Part shown: piece by piece, positions 59,171 to 64,000 of the stretch
Layout of the letters: each line of letters opens with the position of its first letter
Position numbering within the stretch: position 1 is the stretch's first letter
Virus record (IMG/VR): IMGVR_UViG_3300021141_000001
DNA from: a virus
Direction: 5' to 3' (one strand)
DNA length: 64,000 nucleotides
Program-made: the position numbers and the translations under genes
Notes under the pieces: model-generated
What the model saw: only the letters and a program-made list of their open reading frames with translations
The model's database searches: none
What the model was told of the DNA's origin: nothing

Positions 59171-60133
59171 TTAATACTTTCTATTTTTCATATGTCTGAG
59201 AAAATTAAAAACATCATCTTTATGTTCTTCAATCATATCAAGAGTTACATCAATTTCCATAAGATTGTCTAAATTTTGATTTTTTTGAAAATAATGTTCA
59301 GCAGGATCTTTAGCTATTTTACTAATAACTATTCGTGTTGGAATATAATTCATTGTAAAGAATTCTTTCAAAATAGCAGATGTTCTTAAACCAACAGAAT
59401 CATTATCAGCAAATACCACAATTGAACTTGGTTCTTTTTCTAGAACTTGATAAAGCTGTAAACCAGACCACATACCAGATGAACAACTAACAGACTTTTT
59501 ACCTAAATTAAAAAGAGCTATTGTATCAAATATACCTTCAGCAATCCAAATTTCTTTACCTTTTTCAAACTTATCTAATCCCCAAACTGGAATATCAGGA
59601 CAAGCCAATGAATATTTTAATGATTTAGAAGAATTTATCTTTCTAATAGCACAATTAACTAAAATACCATCTTTAAAAAGTGGAATTAGTATACCACCAT
59701 TTTCAATACCATCACTCATTATTTTTTTAAGAACTGGGTGACAAGTTGAACCTAATATCTCATGGTGTTTTAAACTTGTAATATTAGATAATCCTAATAT
59801 ATCCCAGTCTAAGATTGTTTTCTCTCCAAATCCTCTTTTCTCTAAATATTCAAATTCATTAGTATTCAATAATCCTATATTTTCTGTAATTAAATCAGTA
59901 AGTGATGCCAATTCATCAGGTGTTACAATAATGTCATTAGCTTCAATATCTAATTCATCAATGTTGATTTCAACCATTCTGTTGTCATTATTAAACATTT
60001 CTTTACACTTATTGAATTGATTTTCAATTTTCATAAGTTTCATAGGGTTTAATTTTGGTAAGAAATTAGAAACAACGCCTTTTACTGAGCGATTGTTGTA
60101 AAGGATAAAACCAAGTTCTTCGTTAGTGTACAT
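59171..60133 (-). CDS. TOPRIM-domain primase-like protein
   Basis: YLEKRG, IWIAEGIFD, FADND..G, KDP. Confidence 0.75.
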   Translation of the reverse strand: MYTNEELGFILYNNRSVKGVVSNFLPKLNPMKLMKIENQFNKCKEMFNNDNRMVEINIDELDIEANDIIVTPDELASLTDLITENIGLLNTNEFEYLEKRGFGEKTILDWDILGLSNITSLKHHEILGSTCHPVLKKIMSDGIENGGILIPLFKDGILVNCAIRKINSSKSLKYSLACPDIPVWGLDKFEKGKEIWIAEGIFDTIALFNLGKKSVSCSSGMWSGLQLYQVLEKEPSSIVVFADNDSVGLRTSAILKEFFTMNYIPTRIVISKIAKDPAEHYFQKNQNLDNLMEIDVTLDMIEEHKDDVFNFLRHMKNRKY

Positions 60134-60218
60134 AAGATTACTTTTATATAATTTTGAAATAAAGTTGTTTTTTCTAAGAATGTTTTATATATTTGTAGTT
60201 ATAAATATATTTAATACA

Positions 60219-60827
60219 ATGATAAAAGTTGGACTTTCGGGTAATAGATATTCAGGTAAAAATGAAGTCTGTAATATTTTCAGAAAACTCACCATACCTG
60301 TTTTTGAAGCAGATACTGTTTTGAAATTTATTATAAATCATGACGCTTCTGTTAATAGCCAAATAATGGCAAAGTTAAAACCCTTACACGGTAAATCTGT
60401 TTATGTAGATCCACAATTTGTAAAAACTAAAACAGAATTTGATATAGTTGTAGATTGTGCTCAGCATGAACTAATGAGAGCTTATGAAGCTTTCTCTGAA
60501 AAACACAAATCTTCTATTTACACAATATTTCATTCTTCAATTTTATTTGAAAGAAACTGGCATAAACTAATGAACCACAATATTGCTATTTTTTGTCCAA
60601 AAATTACACGAATGGAAAGATGTAAAGAATTGACAAATATGAAAGTTTCTGATGTTGCTATGTCAATGAGAAATGAAATAGACGACTTAGATAAAAATAA
60701 AATGGCTAACTTTGTAGTTCATAATTATAATGGTAGAAAAGTTTTAGACCAAGTTCATCAAATCGACCAGTTTGTTATTGACTCTTATTTAAGATTAGAA
60801 CAAACTATCGTATCAAAACACTATTAA
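60219..60827 (+). CDS. coaE: Dephospho-CoA kinase-like protein (divergent)
   Basis: MIKVGLSGNRYSGK, IPVFEAD, ILFE, ANFVVHN; start behind TATATTTG at 60188. Confidence 0.7.
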   Translation: MIKVGLSGNRYSGKNEVCNIFRKLTIPVFEADTVLKFIINHDASVNSQIMAKLKPLHGKSVYVDPQFVKTKTEFDIVVDCAQHELMRAYEAFSEKHKSSIYTIFHSSILFERNWHKLMNHNIAIFCPKITRMERCKELTNMKVSDVAMSMRNEIDDLDKNKMANFVVHNYNGRKVLDQVHQIDQFVIDSYLRLEQTIVSKHY

Positions 60828-61291
60828 TGAAAACTATTAAAATAAAATTAATCGAACCAACAACTCAAAAATTGGCTTTTGTTAAGCTAATAAAAGAGTG
60901 TAGTGGACTTGGTCTAAAAGAAGCTAAAGATTTGTGTGATAATATACATAGTTATTCAGAAAGAGTTCATGAAATGCCTATTCGTGACTGGGAAACTTAT
61001 GATTATAACACAGGAGTAACTACACCAGCCACAACAGACTACCGTAGAAAATTTACTACTGAAATTAAAAATATTGAGGGTAAATTTGTTGTTAACGGTG
61101 GGGTTCAATGGGATAGAAATGTAAAAATGTTACAACTTGGAATAGCTGATAAATCTGACTATACCGAATTTATGAAAGATTATATCTTAAATAAATTTGA
61201 CAATTCAGAAGATTTACTTACCTTTGTACTCAATAAGTTTTCTAAAGAAGATTTACAAGAAGCATTCAATAAAATTAATATAGAATTATAA
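60827..61291 (+). CDS. Ribosomal protein bL12 C-terminal-domain-like fragment fused to the tag and a helical tail
   Basis: KLAFVKLIKECSGLGLKEAKDLCD; WDRNVKMLQLGI. Confidence 0.7.
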   Translation: MKTIKIKLIEPTTQKLAFVKLIKECSGLGLKEAKDLCDNIHSYSERVHEMPIRDWETYDYNTGVTTPATTDYRRKFTTEIKNIEGKFVVNGGVQWDRNVKMLQLGIADKSDYTEFMKDYILNKFDNSEDLLTFVLNKFSKEDLQEAFNKINIEL

Positions 61292-61687
61292 ATGGCTAAC
61301 GCTTATATTCATTCAAAGTCCTCTGCTCGAAAATTTGGAGGTGAACCAGAAGATTATCTTCATATCCATATGAAAATGGATTGTTCTAAAGCATATGTAT
61401 CTGATAATAGACACAGGGTACTCACTCACACAAGTTTTTGGATTCATGAAGTAATGATACCTATTTTTGGTTACACTATGAAAAATTCGGCTGGTAAAGA
61501 ATTCTCTGTTAAAGATGTTTGTGAGCAACACATCTTAGAAGACTTTGGAATGAGATTTATACCAACTCCTCAAGATTATCTTGAAAATATGGAGTTCATG
61601 GACTGGATGCAAAATGGCATCAAAGGTCACCCATCATCTTTTGAAAAACTTTCACAAAAAGGAAATATTAAAGTAAATTTAGATTAA
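61292..61687 (+). CDS. Conserved phage His-rich protein (DUF6915-like)
   Basis: HSKSSARKFGG.PEDY..IH..MD.SK..D.RHR..H, EQHILED. Confidence 0.7.
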   Translation: MANAYIHSKSSARKFGGEPEDYLHIHMKMDCSKAYVSDNRHRVLTHTSFWIHEVMIPIFGYTMKNSAGKEFSVKDVCEQHILEDFGMRFIPTPQDYLENMEFMDWMQNGIKGHPSSFEKLSQKGNIKVNLD

Positions 61688-61689
61688 AT

Positions 61690-62415
61690 ATGATAGTAAT
61701 TTGTAAAAGACCAACTAAGAGATTAGTTAAAGGTGTTAGATATGAAACTGGCAGTCTTTATAACAGTGGTAATAACCAACGTTGGCAAGAAGGTACTGTA
61801 GAAATTCTTGGTATTGGAAGATTTGTTGTTGATAATTTTACTACAACAGATGGCAATCCACTACCTAAGACGGATATTATTGTACAACCAACTCCTTTAG
61901 AACAACCTACTTTTGAACAACTTTCAAAAGGTGATATTCTTATTTGTACATCAGATAGTTACAAAACCCTTGGTAAGGGTTGTATGTATCAAATTGAAGA
62001 ACTAAAATCAGTTTCTTCTCAAAAAGTAGGTTGGAATAAACAAACTTATACACACGTTGAAAAAAGTATTAAGTTTGTTGGTATTCCTCGAACATTAAAA
62101 TTCTCTCCTTGGAGATTTAGAAAATTAACAGCTCAAGAAGCTCGTGAGATTTCTTTAAACTCTGTATTACATGGTGAAGAACCAGTAATTGTAAAATCAA
62201 AAGACATAAGAAAGATTGAATTAGTGGCTAATAAAGAATTAGAACTAATGTCTATGTTATCTAAATCAATTATTGATACAAACAGACATCATCTTTCTAT
62301 TATTGATTGGGCTTGTCAAAAGTCTGGAACTAATTTAGGAATAACATCAGATGATTACGCAACTATTTTGAATATGTCTTTGAAAGATATCCTTGAGAAA
62401 ATTGAAACAAAATAA
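61690..62415 (+). CDS. Hypothetical protein, two small beta domains plus internal tag-like segment
   Basis: VICKR..LVKGVRYE and LICTS..LGKGCMYQ; AREISLNSVLHG. Confidence 0.6.
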   Translation: MIVICKRPTKRLVKGVRYETGSLYNSGNNQRWQEGTVEILGIGRFVVDNFTTTDGNPLPKTDIIVQPTPLEQPTFEQLSKGDILICTSDSYKTLGKGCMYQIEELKSVSSQKVGWNKQTYTHVEKSIKFVGIPRTLKFSPWRFRKLTAQEAREISLNSVLHGEEPVIVKSKDIRKIELVANKELELMSMLSKSIIDTNRHHLSIIDWACQKSGTNLGITSDDYATILNMSLKDILEKIETK

Positions 62416-62437
62416 AAAATCTTAGTAAAACACAAAT

Positions 62438-62926
62438 ATGAATAACGACAAGTTCGCAATTCTTCGCGAAAAACAAGAAGAAATTAAAAAATTGAAAGAA
62501 GAAATGTTAGAAGCTTCTAACAAAATCTTTACAGATTTGACAAAAACAATTTTTGAAGACCATCCTAAGTTAGAGTCTTTTGGTTGGAGTCAGTACACAC
62601 CTTACTTCAATGATGGTGAGACTTGTACTTTTTCAGCTAATACCGATTACATCTACATCAACGGTCATCCAGCTGATGAAGCAGATTGGATTAACGAGAC
62701 TAAGATTACAAATTATGGTACTTGGAATCGTGAGAAAAGACAGTATGAAGGTCGTACTGAAGTAGCAAATTTAGATTATGATCCAGAATTAGCAAAAATA
62801 ACTGATGAAGTTAAAGATTTTTTAAGTAACTTTGACGAGGATTTCTTCCTATCTCAATTTGGAGACCATGCTGAAATCACAATAACAGCTGAAGGTGTGA
62901 GTGTTGACGAATGCGAACACGATTAA
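62438..62926 (+). CDS. Conserved phage hypothetical protein
   Basis: WSQYTPYFNDGETCTF and FGDHAEIT motifs. Confidence 0.65.
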   Translation: MNNDKFAILREKQEEIKKLKEEMLEASNKIFTDLTKTIFEDHPKLESFGWSQYTPYFNDGETCTFSANTDYIYINGHPADEADWINETKITNYGTWNREKRQYEGRTEVANLDYDPELAKITDEVKDFLSNFDEDFFLSQFGDHAEITITAEGVSVDECEHD

Positions 62927-62969
62927 TAAGTAATTAAACAATTAATATAAACAAAAACAAAAAAAACAA

Positions 62970-64000
62970 ATGAGTAACATTTTAAATTTTATGTCAAACT
63001 ATTGGTGGATTGGAGCAATTGTACTTTGCTTAGTAATGTACAAGTTCATCCTTCGAGTATTTTTCGGACTAGTTATTGTTCCTGAGGACAAGATTGGTTT
63101 AGTAACAAAAAAGTTCGTTCTTTTTGGAGAACACAAAGAACTTACAGGTGACCGTATTATTGCGGTAAATGGTGAAGCAGGTTATCAAGCAGAAATGCTT
63201 TCTCCGGGTCTTCATTGGTGGATGTGGCCTTGGCAGTATAACATCGATATGCATGGATTCGTTGTTATCCCAGAAGGTCATATTGGGTTAGTATCCTCTA
63301 AAGACGGTACTGTTCCACAAACAGGTCGTATCTTAGGACGTAGAGTAGAATGTGAGAACTTCCAAGATGCTGTTACATTCTTATCGAATGGTGGTCAGAA
63401 AGGTCGTCAGTCTGCTTTTATTCCAAATGGTGTTTATAAAATCAATACTTACTTATTTGAAGTATCTATTGTTAAACAAGCTACTATTCAAGAGAATATG
63501 GTGGGTGTTGTAACTACATTAGATGGTGAGCCATTAGAGAATGGTCAGATTGCGGGTAAAAATGTTGAAGGACATAATAACTTCCAAGATTTTGATAAAT
63601 TTCTTGAGTTAGGTGGTAATCGTGGTTTACAACAACAAACTATCTTAGCTGGTACTTACAACTTAAACCCTTGGGCTGTTCAAGTAGAAGAAGTACAAAT
63701 GACTGAGATTCCAATTGGACACGTTGGTGTTGTTATCTCTTTCGTTGGAGAAGATGGTGTTGACGTAACTGGTGTTAACTTCAAACACGGTAACTTAGTT
63801 GGTAAAGGACAAAAAGGTGTTTGGGCTGAGCCATTCGGACCTGGTAAATATCCTATCAATAAGTACACTAATAAGATTGAGTTAGTGCCTACAACAAACT
63901 TAGTTCTTAACTGGGCCAACGCTCGTACTGAGTCTCACAACTTAGATAAAGGACTTAACACAATTACTGTTCGTTCTAAAGATGGTTTCCCATTCAACTT
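62970..64000 (+). CDS. SPFH/band-7/flotillin-family membrane protein, partial
   Basis: Manual translation MSNILNF..TM..VPEDKIGLVTKKF..GEAGYQAEML.PGLH..GQKGRQ..ITVRSKDGFPFN; open to the window end. Confidence 0.85.
   Translation, partial: MSNILNFMSNYWWIGAIVLCLVMYKFILRVFFGLVIVPEDKIGLVTKKFVLFGEHKELTGDRIIAVNGEAGYQAEMLSPGLHWWMWPWQYNIDMHGFVVIPEGHIGLVSSKDGTVPQTGRILGRRVECENFQDAVTFLSNGGQKGRQSAFIPNGVYKINTYLFEVSIVKQATIQENMVGVVTTLDGEPLENGQIAGKNVEGHNNFQDFDKFLELGGNRGLQQQTILAGTYNLNPWAVQVEEVQMTEIPIGHVGVVISFVGEDGVDVTGVNFKHGNLVGKGQKGVWAEPFGPGKYPINKYTNKIELVPTTNLVLNWANARTESHNLDKGLNTITVRSKDGFPFN

Noticed and set aside
60126-60218. N-terminal extension of the CoaE-like ORF
   Set aside because: It overlaps the promoter region and the divergent gene start; kinase homology begins at the ATG at 60219.
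63099-63919. Minus-strand ORFs 63099-63281 and 63680-63919
   Set aside because: They are antisense to the SPFH gene that runs from 62970 off the window end.
1-64000. Stop-codon reassignment (TAG/TGA recoding) as seen in some large phages
   Set aside because: Genes up to 2400 aa are open in code 11 with dense tiling; the only internal stop found is a single TAA.
1-64000. Bacterial chromosome or eukaryotic giant virus origin (cysK, greA, dnaJ, coaE, rpsU, SET)
   Set aside because: These genes are isolated among phage-type hypotheticals, gp46-like and virion genes, with bacterial promoters and terminators and no bacterial operon context.

Overview
This is an AT-rich, gene-dense segment of a very large (jumbo/huge) T4-like myophage in the standard genetic code. 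The host is most likely Bacteroidota/Flavobacteriia: TAnnTTTG host-type promoters, A-rich leaders without Shine-Dalgarno sites, and a phage-encoded ribosomal protein bS21. The window holds large virion-type proteins (GxW/GxF repeat proteins, a Ser-Gly repeat fibre, a LamG protein), SbcC/gp46, a TOPRIM protein, PhoH, GreA, DnaJ, a sirtuin, two peptidases, two NUDIX proteins, a Dam methylase, cysteine synthase, CoaE, an SPFH protein, a DUF2589 pair and a tRNA-Cys. The main observation is that about 17 otherwise unrelated small ORFs share a short amphipathic tag, R-x-x-[KR]-[IL]-x-x-[IL]-[LIFG], usually at the C-terminus. Eight of them pair the tag with an isolated signature fragment of a core protein: DNA polymerase B motif B, portal, major capsid (Gol region), tail sheath N-terminus, helicase Walker B, terminase Walker A, a ClpC/UVR coil and ribosomal bL12. 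This looks like a tagged library of decoy or mimic mini-proteins. A second, non-overlapping set of about 13 genes carries an N-terminal T4-like capsid-targeting sequence and sits behind a TAATATATA late-type promoter. Three promoter classes can be read from the sequence. All family calls are from motif recognition by eye; no searches were run.
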